A DNA stretch of 64,000 nt from Euglena gracilis (Eukaryota), in NCBI GenBank assembly GCA_039621445.1, contig CP154954.1:8248634-8312633 (forward strand), in the 5' to 3' direction. Position numbers and translations under genes: made by a program. Shown here piece after piece: positions 52,001 to 64,000 of the stretch; within the stretch, counting starts at the first letter, position 1; each line of letters starts with the position of its first letter. The notes beneath the pieces are model-generated. The model saw nothing but the letters and a program-made list of their open reading frames with translations. It was not told where the DNA came from and made no database searches.

Positions 52001-55000
52001 TAAATCTTCGCTCAAAACACGGTTTCAAACAAGAACAGTGTTTTGGGCCAAGGTTTTAGGGGGGCCCAGGGGCGACCGCAGCGTCTTCGGCGCCGCGGTC
52101 CCCGCCCCTGGGCTCCCCCTAACTCTTGGCCCAAACACAGTTCTTGACACAGAATCTGTTAGTGTCGGTCGATTTTTGTATAGAAACCGTGGAATGGGGG
52201 ATCTGATTTCACGCCTGAAACTCTGTATGTGGAGACACTCCTTATTCTTTATTTCCAAAATGTTTTCGCAATGATCCCCAGCTGAGAGAGCATGGTTGGC
52301 TCTGCGTCCATCAGCAGTAATCGCATTTGGGATGCCCCAACGCTTTTTCATGTATTCAAGGGGATTGCTGTCCATTACTTTTCGCAGTTTCTGCAATTTT
52401 CCGTAAGTTTCTTTTTGAAACATCCACGTGTTTTGAAACCGTGTTTTGGGGCTCTGGCTTCCCGCCCGAACCGGCGTTCTGAACACCAGTTCTGGCGGGA
52501 AATTTCCCGCATGAAATTGTGTTATAGAGCACCGGTTCGGGCGGGAAGACGAGATTTTGAGAATACTTGGGACAACATAACATAGAGCAACATGAGTCAC
52601 CAATCACAGGCCTGATACGGTGCATCCTTGGACGAACGTTTTTGGAACACACAGGAATTTTGATTATAGGTCGGTAAAGGTCGGGCCGACCATGGTCGGC
52701 CCGACCTGTTTGTTACCGACCATTATGGTCGGCCCGACCATTTGGAGGTCGGGCCGACCACATGGTCGGTAGAAACGACCTCCATGGTTTTCCACTTCAG
52801 AAGCATAAAAACCCTTGGCCAAACCCTGTGGAACATACAGATGGGCTATTTTACCTACCTGGGTGCACAGAAAAGGATTTTGTGGGGGGGGGGCGCGTTT
52901 TGGCCATCGTTGCCTTGCACACACAAGGGGATATTGTTATTTTAGCGGGGGGGGGGTCCGGGGGGGGCGGCAGCCCCCCACCGGAGGAGGCCGTAGGCCG
53001 ACTAAGTTAGCACAAAGGGAGTTTGTTGGGGGGAGCTTTTTGGCCATCCTTGCCTTGCGCACACAAGGGGATATTGTTATTTTAGGCGGGGGGGGGTCCG
53101 GGGGGGGCGGCAGCCCCCCCCGGAGGAGGCCGTAGGCCGACTAAGTTAGCACAAAGGGAGTTTGTTGGGGGGCGCGTTTTGGCCATCCTTGCCTTGCACA
53201 CACAAGGGGATATTGTTATTTTGGGCGGGGGGGGGGGTCCGGGGTGGGCGGCAGCCCCCCCCCCCCCCGGAGGGGGCCGTAGGCCGACTAAGTTAGCACA
53301 AAGGGAGTATATTGGGGGGTTTTTCATTTTTTTTCCATATGGGATGTTTTTTGACAGTTTCAAGGGCATTCCAATGTGTTTCCATCCTTTTTGAGTCAAA
53401 TTTGCCGAACCAAATTTTGAGGGGGGGGGGCTTAAATTTCCAAAAAAGGGGGGGTAATGCGGTTGATTGGAGGTCGGGCCGACCTGGTCGGCCCGACCTC
53501 CAATGGTCGATAGGCCATAGCCAATGGTCGGCCCGACCGTGGTCGGTACGACCTCCGGGATCGTCGTAGCCAATCATCCGCACGGAGCCCGGCGCCCCTG
53601 CTGAATCTGTTAGTGTCGGTCGATTTTTCTAAAACCTATTTTGTCTGGGCCCGACACCTGTCTTGATATTCATTCGACCGAACCGCCTGGACCGAAATAT
53701 GGTCAAAAAAGTGTTTTTTGGCCCATTAACAGGCGCCTGAATGGAAATCGACTGACATAAACAGCGCCTGAAGGGAAATCGACCGACATAAATGGGCGCC
53801 TGAATGGAAATCGACCGACATAAACCGGCGCCTGAATGGAAATCGACTGACATAAACGGATTCCATCATGGAAATTGACCAACCTTTTGTTTCCTTTTTT
53901 GAATGCCTTTTTGTTCCGTTTTGGGATATTGTCAGTTTCAGCCTGAAACCCGTTAATGTCGACCAACTTTTTGTCTCTTTTTTTTTTCGGAATGCTTTTT
54001 TCTTCCATTTTGAAAGAAACAATCTCTATATCAAGAACTGCGTCTTAAACGCAGACTCTGACCTGAGTCTGCGTTTCGAAACGCAGACTCAGGCCGAATA
54101 ACAGACTCAGCGTTTCGAAACACAGACTCCGGTCAGAGTCTGCGTTTTTTTAAAAACACAGATTTTGACCAAAGCCATGTTGCTTGAACGCAGCCTTGGC
54201 CCGAAATCCGATGATGTCAATAGAATTGCAATACAGGCGTCGATCCCAGAAAATAGGTTTAACATTGCCAAATCACTCCTCACCCGAAAGCTGTTCTTTC
54301 AGATGACCAGTGATGGCAACTGGTTCAGGACAAACTTGCCGAATGCTTTCTCTGAAGTTCCAGAAAATGATAATCTTAAGTACCATCCTTCCATTTGTTC
54401 AATCCAAAGTTCAGCCAGTGGTGATCACCTGACCACAAAATTTGGTTTTTGTCTGATCCATACGCCTCCACAACCCCATAGGACCAAAAATGTCGGAAAA
54501 GGGGGAAATCCAAAATGTCCAAAAAGTCACTAAAAATTCCCAATCTGACCAGCAACAGATTTCAATGGAATGGAAATCGACCGACATAAACAGGCGCCTG
54601 AATGGAAATCGACCGACATAAACGGGCGCTTGAATGGAAATCGATTGACATAAACAATTTCAGCCTGAAATCCGTTAATGTCAGTAGAATTTCAAGACAG
54701 GCGTCGGGCCCAGAAAATAGGTTTTAACACCTTGTCTCATGTCCCCCCCCCGAACGGTGCAGATGACCCATGGGGACCCACATGGACCATGCTGCTTGCT
54801 CTCCTGCCCTGAGGCTTTGTCACCCCCAATTTGGAAAAAAATGCTCTTTTGACATTGCGACCTTTTGGGTGATTAGTTTCTGAACCTTTCTCAACGTTTC
54901 CCAGAATTCAATTTCCCAAAAAATTTTGGCCCTTCGAGTCGAAACCCATACCTGGGCATCTGGCCCGGGTTAAGGGTATTTCACCTGGCGTCTGAAATGT

Positions 55001-57498
55001 TTGTCCATGGCTGGCAAAAATATTTGCCCCAACCTGTCAAAAAGTTTGCCCTGCGCCCTCAAAAAAGAAATGCCTCAAATTTTTTTGCACTGCGCCCCAA
55101 AAATATTTGCATGTGTTGCAAAAAATTTTGCACTCTGCCATTTTATTTTCGTTCGATGAAAAAAGCTTTACACTGGACAATGGAAAAAGGTCCACGCCAA
55201 TTGAAGTTTCAAAGGGCAACTTTGAAAAACACCCGATCCAAGTGCAAAAATTTTGGGAACGGAGGCAAATATTCTGGGGATAAGGTGCAAACATTTTTGA
55301 GATAAGACGCAAACAAATTGACAGGAAGTGCAAAAAATATGGTGTGAAGTGTGAAAAAAATTCGAAATGGGAATTTGGCAAGATATTCTATCAAATTAGG
55401 CATTGCCGACAGAAAAAGAATGCAAATGCGCGGCCTTCACTGGTTAACCATCCATTAGTGGTTAATGGAGCGGTTAATTAACTGGCCCAAGAAACGGTCA
55501 ACCGGTTAAATGGTTAACCATCAAACCCTGTCTTCAATTGAAGGTTTTGCCCCCCTATTTGCATATTTTTCCCCACCACCCCAGGAACAAGGATGAGGTG
55601 TCGATTGACTCCCTGAAAAAAGCCAGCTTGGTGGTGTTCGCCGGGCCACGGGAGAAGTTCTCCGAGCAAGAGCTGGCCGCCATCAAGGAGTACCTGGCCG
55701 GCGGCGGCAGCGTCCTGCTCATGCTGGCGTCGGGAGGCGACCCCCGGTTCAACACCAACCTGAACGCCCTGCTGGAGGAGTGGGGGATCACGTTCAACGG
55801 CGACTCCGTCGTGCGAACTGTGTATTACAAATATTTTCACCCCAAGGTGTGCCAAGTGACACTGTCTTCAGGGGAGGGATTTCTTTGTCTTTTTTGTGCG
55901 TTTTTCAATTTTGGCAAAGTTTGTGGGGTTCTTTTGCATTTTGTTTGTATTTTTTTGCCTTTTCTCCTGGCGATTTTTCAATTTCTGTTGGGAAAATTTT
56001 TGGTTCTCGAAAAATTCGATGTTTGGACCTCTTTTCCGGTTGAACAGTGCCAGCACAAAGGGTGATCACGTGGATCTTTGAGCCATCATGCCCAAATCAC
56101 TGTGCTGTCTCCAGTCATTGAATTGAAAGAGAATTTTGAACTCTGCCTCCGCTACTACCTTGCAAGGCACCTTGCCCACGTAACTGCAATATCAGGGCGA
56201 TGTACCACGGTTGCCACCGCGGTGTGGGAACTTCCAAAATATTCAAGCAGATCACAAGCTGTGCTGTCTGTTCTGACAATGAACGGGTTGGCTTGTCAAC
56301 TGATGCCCGCTGTCTTTCCACAGGAAGTGTGCATCACTAATGGGATTGTGAACCGTGAATTGAACAGAGCTGCAGGTGTGTATTCCTCCAGGCAACTGCC
56401 GACTGCTGGTGGTTGGGTGATACCTCTGGAGTGGATGATGCCAGCCCCCCCCCCCCCGGCACCAAAGTTGCAGGGGAACTCCTCAAGGGTCGCCTGGGTT
56501 GACCCTCTTGGGGGGGGGGGGTATTATGGACTCACCCAAATGGCGGAAGGACTCCCAGGGGCAGAGCGCAGCTGATTAAACACCCCAAGTATTGATTTGA
56601 TTGGTTTGATTTTCCCCTCGCCCTCTCTCAGGGAAGAACATTCCAGGCTCTTACATACTCAATGCATCGCAAGGCTTGTCAGCCTCGCAGCAGACTGCCC
56701 TCTTGGCACAACAAAGCTCCCAAAGTTCCAGGTGTTTGGATCAACATCTGGTGTTCACATCAAATGAAAGATCAATCAATTATTTTTTATGGGGGATTCC
56801 AACACGGGGTGTGGCACCCCATGTACTTTCCAGGGGTCTTTTTTGCGTCTTTTGTGTTTTTCGATTGTGGCAAAATTTGCATTTTGCGGGGGTTTTTTTG
56901 CATTTTTTTGCAGCAATTTTCCGATTTTTTTCTGGAAAATTTTCTCAACTCTGAAAAATGCTTCATTTTGACCCCAATCTTTTTTTGCCTTTTTGCATTT
57001 TTTTTTTGGTCAACAAGATGCACATTTAAAAATTCCCCGGTAGAGGTGAAAAATTTAAATTAAACCTTGGGGGATCTCCTGAAGGATTTTACATGCAAGT
57101 TGCATTTTTTTGCGGTTTTTTTGTGTCAGTTGTTGTTGCGGGTAGTCGAAAATCATTCTGCCACTCCACAGAAGTTTTTCATTGCAAAATGCTTTGACAG
57201 CCCCCCCCAACTTCTTTTTGTGACCAACCAGACGTTGGTTGCCCATCCCGGCCCCCAGGGGCAAGAAGGGAACAGGCACACATCCATGAAGTGATCAATT
57301 TGAAATCTTATTGTTCCTCCACCCCCTCCCTCTCACCCTCCCTCCCTAGTCTCTCCCTCCCTCTGCCTCTGCAGCCTGACATTCGTCTATCCCTATGGTT
57401 GCTCCCTCAATGTGCAAAAACCAAGTATCCCCATCCTGTCTTCGGGGTACATTGCATATCCACTGAACCGACCTGTTGGAGCGGTGCATGAATACAAG
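45973..57498 (+). CDS. IFT52: Intraflagellar transport protein 52, 5' part (6 exons; gene continues beyond the window)
   Basis: The spliced product MNEEP...IILFNACKKE|MYTAAQGYRQLNRKLKSTYKVDL|NKDEVSIDSLKKASLVVFAGPREKFS...DSVVRTVYYKYFHPK|EVCITNGIVNRELNRAAG|K...SS|SLTFVYPYGCSLNVQKPSIPILSSGYIAYPLNRPVGAVHEYK matches the IFT52 GIFT domain and central region. All introns are GT-AG with matching phases. Confidence 0.95.
46163..46230 (+). CDS. IFT52: IFT52 exon 2
   Basis: ttctcag|ATG TAC ACT...GAC TT|gtatgc; phase 2 end. Confidence 0.88.
47291..48260. mobile_element. Second copy of the 38337-39303 element, opposite orientation
   Basis: Colinear reverse complement over about 960 bp, including the hairpin centred on CCGTCCTTCGGACGG. 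Confidence 0.75.
48516..48747. mobile_element. Foldback MITE with GGTAC ends (inverted copy of 45002-45233)
   Basis: 232 bp; perfect TSD CAAGAATC. Confidence 0.9.
49888..50838. mobile_element. Related hairpin element with the same architecture
   Basis: TTGAAACCGTG at the start, CACGGTTTCAA at about 50695-50705, then a hairpin of about 120 nt (50707-50828) and the tail CTCGATATAG. Confidence 0.65.
51963..52152. mobile_element. Miniature hairpin element (about 190 bp); second copy at 40992-41181
   Basis: Same IR + hairpin layout; a paralogous empty site at 53588-53625 shows insertion without a TSD. Confidence 0.8.
52895..53310. repeat. About three tandem copies of a ~120-bp unit inside a GGTCGGCCCGACC-rich element
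   Basis: Repeated TTGGCCATCCTTGCCTTGCACACACAAGGGGATATTGTTATTTT...GGCCGTAGGCCGACTAAGTTAGCACAAAGGGAG. Confidence 0.85.
53730..53858. repeat. Tandem ~32-bp repeat GGCGCCTGAATGGAAATCGACCGACATAAAC (also at 54570-54655)
   Basis: Four copies here and about three at 54570-54655. Confidence 0.8.
55585..55846 (+). CDS. IFT52: IFT52 exon 3
   Basis: cccag|G AAC AAG GAT...CCC AAG|gtgtgc; contains AGPREKF and YYKYFHPK. Confidence 0.95.
56324..56375 (+). CDS. IFT52: IFT52 exon 4
   Basis: ccacag|EVCITNGIVNRELNRAA G|gtgtgt. Confidence 0.92.
56632..56731 (+). CDS. IFT52: IFT52 exon 5 (variable linker)
   Basis: ctctcag|GG AAG AAC...TCC AG|gtgttt; bridges phase 1 to phase 2 as the flanking exons require. Confidence 0.8.
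57375..57498 (+). CDS. IFT52: IFT52 exon 6
   Basis: ctgcag|C CTG ACA TTC GTC TAT CCC...TAC AAG|gtacga; LTFVYPYG and YPLNRP motifs. Confidence 0.93.
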
Positions 57499-58139
57499 GT
57501 ACGATTCTTTGTGTGTGTGTTTTTGATTTATAGTTTCGTCACGTATACCAACCCGCAGCACATACCAAAAAAAAACAACAACTCTGGAAGCAATATTCAA
57601 GAAGAAGTGTTCGAAGTGTGGATGAGGGTTGTCTTCCCATCATATAAATATCATGTGTTCAGTTCTTGGTTTCACACAGTCCCAAAAATTAGTTAATTAA
57701 TTAGTTAATTGAAAAAAAAATGTTAAAATACTGCCACAGAGCAACGAAAACCCGCGAAGTCACAAACTCTGAAACGGGAATGAACCTGAAATGGAAGACG
57801 AAATGAGTTCCAGCCATTCCTTGAACGTTTCTATGGAAACCAGGCTTTTCTTCTTTTTTTTTTGCTATTTGGTTGCAATTTTGCCAATATTTGCCAAACT
57901 TAACAAATTTTGGGGCTTCCATTATTTCCCAGTCTCTGAAAGGAAAATTTTTTCAAATGAGAAATTTTTGAACCTTGGGCTTACTTGAGATCAACTTTTT
58001 TGTCAGTTTCTTGCCATATTCAATTTTTTTTTTCAACATATCCGAGAATCAACAAATTCAACTGCAAAATGACAAAGATTGCCGGAAGGGAAATGAACAC
58101 ATCAGTACAAATTTCAACCATGTCCCTCGCATATTGCCA

Positions 58140-61100
58140 CTGCACTTCAATCTGCAGCACATTCTCGACGACGATGCCATGGCAATTCTGCCAACACCAG
58201 TGTTTATTAATAATAGTTTGGCCACCGGTAGGGACAGAGGGGAGGAAGATGGCGGGCCCACTGGGGGAGATTTTGGGTCGCAGAAGCCCAGATTCAGGGA
58301 AAGCCCAGATCCAGGGAAAGCCAGCCCCGAGGGTTGTCAGCGGGAGTGGCTGCGAGGACAAGCAGCAATTCAATTCTACTTTGGGGTGCGGTTGGAGGGG
58401 GTTGGGGTGAGGATTCTCTGAGGCAGCATACTCTCTCCAGAATGCGGTTCTCCCGGCAGATGTGGTTGCAGCGAGCCGTTTGGACCCAAAAGCAGTGGCT
58501 GGGCGTCGTGTCTGGTGCCCATCCATTCGTTGCAGGGGCCGAGATAGCAGCGTGCACACCGCGGAACCCTCCACTTTTCGGAAACCCCACAGAATGCGGT
58601 GTCCCGACGGATGTGGTTGCGGCGAGCCGTTTGGACCCAAAAGCAGTGGCTGGGCGTCGTGTCTGGTGCCCATCCATTCGTTGCAGGGGCCGAGATAGCA
58701 GCGTGCACACCGCGGAACCCTCCACTTCTCGGAAACCCCACAGGAAGTCAGGGTCGGCGTGGTGTGTGGTGCGTATTTGGCTGAGGCGATCGCCGCCACC
58801 CGCGGTCAAAGGATTTGGTTGCCGAGGGGTGTTGGGTTCCAGCGGGGAGGGAGGGGGGGGGGGCAGAATGTTTGTTGTTGTGTGCTGCCGGTGAAAGAGC
58901 TCCACATTTATCCTGCCTGCTTTTTCCCCCCGCTTTGCGGTTTGTGTGACAAGAGTTACGCCGGTTATGGGGTGGGAAAATGCATGCACCAAACCGATTT
59001 TTGAGCATGCCCCACGCAGCTTGCCAATGCACTTCAATCTGCAGCTCATTCTCGACGATGATGCCATGGCAATTCTGCCAACACCAGTGTTTGTTATTAA
59101 TAGTTTGGCCACCGGTAGGGACAGAAGGAAAAGGTGGCGGGCCCGCTGGGGGAGATTTTGGGTCGCAGAAGCCCAGATTCAGGGAAAGCCAGCCCCGAGG
59201 GTTGTCAGCGGGAGTGGCTGCGAGGACAAGCAGCAATTCACTTCTATTTTGGGGTGCAGTAGAAGGGGGTTGGGGTGAGGATTCTCTGGGACAGCATACT
59301 CTCTCCAGAATGCGGTGTCCCGGCGGATGTGGTTGCGGCGCGCCGTTTGGACCCAAAAGCAGTGGCTGGACGTCGTGTCTGGTGCCCATCCATTTGTTGC
59401 AGGGGCCGAGATAGCAGCGTGCACACCGCGGAACCCTCCACTTCTCGGAAACCCCACAGAATGCGGTGTCCCGGCGGATGTGGTTGCAGCGAGCCGTTTG
59501 GACCCAAAAGCAGTGGCTGGGCGTCGTGTCTGGTGCCCATCCATTCGTTGCAGGGGCCGAGATAGCATCGTGCACACCGCGGAACCCTCCACTTCTCGGA
59601 AACCCCACAGAATGCGGTGTCCCGGCGGATGTGGTTGCGGCGAGCCGTTTGGACCCAAAAGCAGTGGCTGGGCGTCGTGTCTGGTGCCCATCCATTCGTT
59701 GCAGGGGCCGAGATAGCAGCGTGCACACCGCGGAACCCTCCACTTCTCGGAAACCCCACAGAATGCGGTGTCCCGGCGGATGTGGTTGCGGCGAGCCGTT
59801 TGGACCCAAAAGCAATGGCTGGGCGTCGTGTCTGGTGCCCATCCATTCGTTGCAGGGGCCTAGATAGCAGCGTGCACACCGCGGAACCCTCCACTTCTCG
59901 GAAACCCCACAGAATGCGGTGTCCCGGCGGATGTGGTTGCGGCGAGCCGTTTGGACCCAAAAGCAGTGGCTGGGCGTCGTGTCTGGTGCCCATCCATTCG
60001 TTGCAGGGGCCTAGATAGCAGCGTGCACACCGCGGAACCCTCCACTTCTCGGAAAACCCACAGCATGCGGTGTCCCGGCGGATGTGGTTGCGGCGAGCCG
60101 TTTGGACCCAAAAGCAATGGCTGGGCGTCGTGTCTGGTGCCCATCCATTCGTTGCAGGGGCCTAGATAGCAGCGTGCACACCGCGGAACCCTCCACTTCT
60201 CGGAAAACCCACAGCATGCGGTGTCCCGGCGGATGTGGTTGCGGCGAGCCGTTTGGACCTAAAAGCAGTGGCTGGGCGTCGTGTCTGGTGCCCATCCATT
60301 CGTTGCAGGGGCCTAGATAGCAGCGTGCACACCGCGGAACCCTCCACTTCTCGGAAACCCCACAGAATGCGGTGTCCCGGCGGATGTGGTTGCGGCGCGC
60401 CGTTTGGACCCAAAAGCAGTGGCTGGGCGTCGTGTCTGGTGCCCATCTATTCGTTGCAGGGGCCTAGATAGCAGCGTGCACACCGCGGAACCCTCTGCTT
60501 CTCGGAAACCCCACAGAATGTGGTGTCCCGGCGGATGTGGTTGCAGCGAGCCGTTTGGACCTAAAAGCAGTGGCTGGGCGTCGTGTCTGGTGCCCATCCA
60601 TTCGTTGCAGGGGCCGAGATAGCATCGTGCACACCGCGGAACCCTCCACTTCTCGGAAACCCCACAGAATGCGGTGTCCCGGCGGATGTGGTTGCAGCGA
60701 GCCGTTTGGACCTAAAAGCAGTGGCTGGGCGTCGTGTCTGGTGCCCATCCATTCGTTGCAGGGGCCTAGATAGCAGCGTGCACACCGCGGAACACTCCAC
60801 TTCTCGGAAACCCCACAGGAAGTCAGGGTCGGCGTGGTGCGTGGTGCGTATTTGGCTGAGGCGATCGCCGCCACCCGCGGGCAAAGGATTTGGTTGCCGA
60901 GGGGTGTTGGGTTCCAGCGGGGAGGGAGGGGGGGGGCAGAATGTTTGTTGTTGTGTGCTGCCGGTGAAAGAGCTCCACATTTATCCTGCCTGCTTTTTCC
61001 CCCCGCTTTGCGGTTTGTGTGACAAGAGTTACGCCGGTTATGGGGTGGGAAAATGCATGCACCAAACCGATTTTTGAGCATGCCCCACGCAGCTTGCCAA

Positions 61101-64000
61101 TGCACTTCAATCTGCAGCTCATTCTCGACGATGATGCCATGGCAATTCTGCCAACACCAGTGTTTGTTATTAATAGTTTGGCCACCGGTAGGGACAGAAG
61201 GAAAAGGTGGCGGGCCCGCTGGGGGAGATTTTGGGTCGCAGAAGCCCAGATTCAGGGAAAGCCAGCCCCGAGGGTTGTCAGCGGGAGTGGCTGCGAGGAC
61301 AAGCAGCAATTCATTTCTATTTTGGGGTGCAGTAGAAGGGGGTTGGGGTGAGGATTCTCTGGGACAGCATACTCTCTCCAGAATGCGGTGTCCCGGCGGA
61401 TGTGGTTGCGGCGCGCCGTTTGGACCCAAAAGCAGTGGCTGGGCGTCGTGTCTGGTGCCCATCCATTTGTTGCAGGGGCCGAGATAGCAGCGTGCACACC
61501 GCGGAACCCTCCACTTCTCGGAAACCCCACAGAATGCGGTGTCCCGGCGGATGTGGTTGCAGCGAGCCGTTTGGACCCAAAAGCAGTGGCTGGGCGTCGT
61601 GTCTGGTGCCCATCCATTCGTTGCAGGGGCCGAGATAGCAGCGTGCACACCGCGGAACCCTCTGCTTCTCGGAAACCCCACAGAATGCGGTGTCCCGGCG
61701 GATGTGGTTGCAGCGAGCCGTTTGGACCTAAAAGCAGTGGCTGGGCGTCGTGTCTGGTGCCCATCCATTCGTTGCAGGGGCCGAGATAGCATCGTGCACA
61801 CCGCGGAACCCTCCACTTCTCGGAAACCCCACAGAATGCGGTGTCCCGGCGGATGTGGTTGCAGCGAGCCGTTTGGACCTAAAAGCAGTGGCTGGGCGTC
61901 GTGTCTGGTGCCCATCCATTCGTTGCAGGGGCCTAGATAGCAGCGTGCACACCGCGGAACACTCCACTTCTCGGAAACCCCACAGGAAGTCAGGGTCGGC
62001 GTGGTGCGTGGTGCGTATTTGGCTGAGGCGATCGCCGCCCCCCGCGGGCAAAGGATTTGGTTGCCGGGGGGTGTTGGGTTCCAGCGGGGAGGGAGGGGGG
62101 GGGCAGAATGTTTGTTGTTGTGTGCTGCCGGTGAAAGAGCTCCACATTTATCCTGCCTGCTTTTTCCCCCCGCTTTGCGGTTTGTGTGACAAGAGTTACG
62201 CCGGTTATGGGGTGGGAAAATGCATGCACCAAACCGATTTTTGAGCATGCCCCACGCAGCTTGCCAATGCACTTCAATCTGCAGCTCATTCTCGACGATG
62301 ATGCCATGGCAATTCTGCCAACACCAGTGTTTGTTATTAATAGTTTGGCCACCGGTAGGGACAGAAGGAAAAGGTGGCGGGCCCGCTGGGGGAGATTTTG
62401 GGTCGCAGAAGCCCAGATTCAGGGAAAGCCAGCCCCGAGGGTTGTCAGCGGGAGTGGCTGCGAGGACAAGCAGCAATTCATTTCTATTTTGGGGTGCAGT
62501 AGAAGGGGGTTGGGGTGAGGATTCTCTGGGACAGCATACTCTCTCCAGAATGCGGTGTCCCGGCGGATGTGGTTGCGGCGCGCCGTTTGGACCCAAAAGC
62601 AGTGGCTGGGCGTCGTGTCTGGTGCCCATCCATTTGTTGCAGGGGCCGAGATAGCAGCGTGCACACCGCGGAACCCTCCACTTCTCGGAAACCCCACAGA
62701 ATGCGGTGTCCCGGCGGATGTGGTTGCAGCGAGCCGTTTGGACCCAAAAGCAGTGGCTGGGCGTCGTGTCTGGTGCCCATCCATTCGTTGCAGGGGCCGA
62801 GATAGCAGCGTGCACACCGCGGAACCCTCTGCTTCTCGGAAACCCCACAGAATGCGGTGTCCCGGCGGATGTGGTTGCAGCGAGCCGTTTGGACCTAAAA
62901 GCAGTGGCTGGGCGTCGTGTCTGGTGCCCATCCATTCGTTGCAGGGGCCGAGATAGCATCGTGCACACCGCGGAACCCTCCACTTCTCGGAAACCCCACA
63001 GAATGCGGTGTCCCGGCGGATGTGGTTGCAGCGAGCCGTTTGGACCTAAAAGCAGTGGCTGGGCGTCGTGTCTGGTGCCCATCCATTCGTTGCAGGGGCC
63101 TAGATAGCAGCGTGCACACCGCGGAACACTCCACTTCTCGGAAACCCCACAGGAAGTCAGGGTCGGCGTGGTGCGTGGTGCGTATTTGGCTGAGGCGATC
63201 GCCGCCACCCGCGGGCAAAGGATTTGGTTGCCGAGGGGTGTTGGGTTCCAGCGGGGAGGGAGGGGGGGGGCAGAATGTTTGTTGTTGTGTGCTGCCGGTG
63301 AAAGAGCTCCACATTTATCCTGCCTGCTTTTTCCCCCCGCTTTGCGGTTTGTGTGACAAGAGTTACGCCGGTTATGGGGTGGGAAAATGCATGCACCAAA
63401 CCGATTTTTGAGCATGCCCCACGCAGCTTGCCAATGCACTTCAATCTGCAGCTCATTCTCGACGATGATGCCATGGCAATTCTGCCAACACCAGTGTTTG
63501 TTATTAATAGTTTGGCCACCGGTAGGGACAGAAGGAAAAGGTGGCGGGCCCGCTGGGGGATATTTTGGGTCGGAGAAGCCCGGATTCAGGGAAAGCCAGC
63601 CCCGAGGGTTGTCAGCGGGAGTGGCTGCGAGGACAAGCAGCAATTCATTTCTATTTTGGGGTGCAGTAGAAGGGGGTTGGGGTGAGGATTCTCTGGGACA
63701 GCATACTCTCTCCAGAATGCGGTGTCCCGGCGGATGTGGTTGCGGCGCGCCGTTTGGACCCAAAAGCAGTGGCTGGGCGTCGTGTCTGGTGCCCATCCAT
63801 TTGTTGCAGGGGCCGAGATAGCAGCGTGCACACCGCGGAACCCTCCACTTCTCGGAAACCCCACAGAATGCGGTGTCCCGGCGGATGTGGTTGCAGCGAG
63901 CCGTTTGGACCCAAAAGCAGTGGCTGGGCGTCGTGTCTGGTGCCCATCCATTCGTTGCAGGGGCCGAGATAGCAGCGTGCACACCGCGGAACCCTCTGCT
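58140..64000. repeat. Higher-order tandem array: 151-bp monomers interleaved with a ~563-bp spacer (1167-bp period)
   Basis: Monomer starts at 59308, 59459, 59610 ... (step 151). Blocks contain 2, 10, 4, 4 and at least 2 monomers. Identical ORFs recur at 60823, 61990 and 63157 (step 1167). Confidence 0.95.

Noticed and set aside
59308-60817. Regular array as a possible CRISPR
   Set aside because: The units are near-identical 151-bp monomers with no unique spacers, there are no cas genes, and the context is eukaryotic.
60464-63982. 1172-aa minus-strand ORF
   Set aside because: It lies wholly in the tandem array. The 1167-bp period is divisible by 3, so one stop-free frame simply repeats, and the 151-bp monomers are read in rotating frames. 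No recognisable domain.

Overview
Repeat-rich eukaryotic nuclear DNA, most likely from a euglenid; this is inferred from introns with the euglenid nonconventional geometry (CAG at +4..+6 pairing with CTG at -8..-6, no GT-AG). Two divergent, highly fragmented genes are present. (1) A minus-strand gene of about 42 exons (about 40.2 kb down to base 53; neither end resolved) encodes a modular, probably extracellular protein. It has a choice-of-anchor-A-like beta-helix domain, six LNR (Lin-12/Notch) repeats alternating with Ala/Pro/Thr/Gln-rich spacers, a stalk of 13 tandemly duplicated symmetric exons, and thrombospondin type-3 repeats. (2) The 5' part of IFT52 lies on the plus strand (6 exons, 45973-57498, all GT-AG), followed by a 151-bp/1167-bp higher-order tandem array. 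Introns are packed with non-autonomous DNA transposons: hAT-type MITEs (CAG...CTG ends, 8-bp TSD), GG-ended foldback elements with 8-bp TSD, and Helitron2/Helentron-like hairpin elements. Headline observation: one hAT-type MITE sits inside an exon (15924-16350, perfect TSD CTTGTTGG). Removing the element plus one TSD copy, split 3+5, restores the reading frame and reproduces the +4/-8 geometry of euglenid nonconventional introns. Four to six older nonconventional introns in the same gene show progressively decayed TSDs, suggesting a hAT-MITE 'introner' system. All gene models were read by eye and need RNA confirmation.
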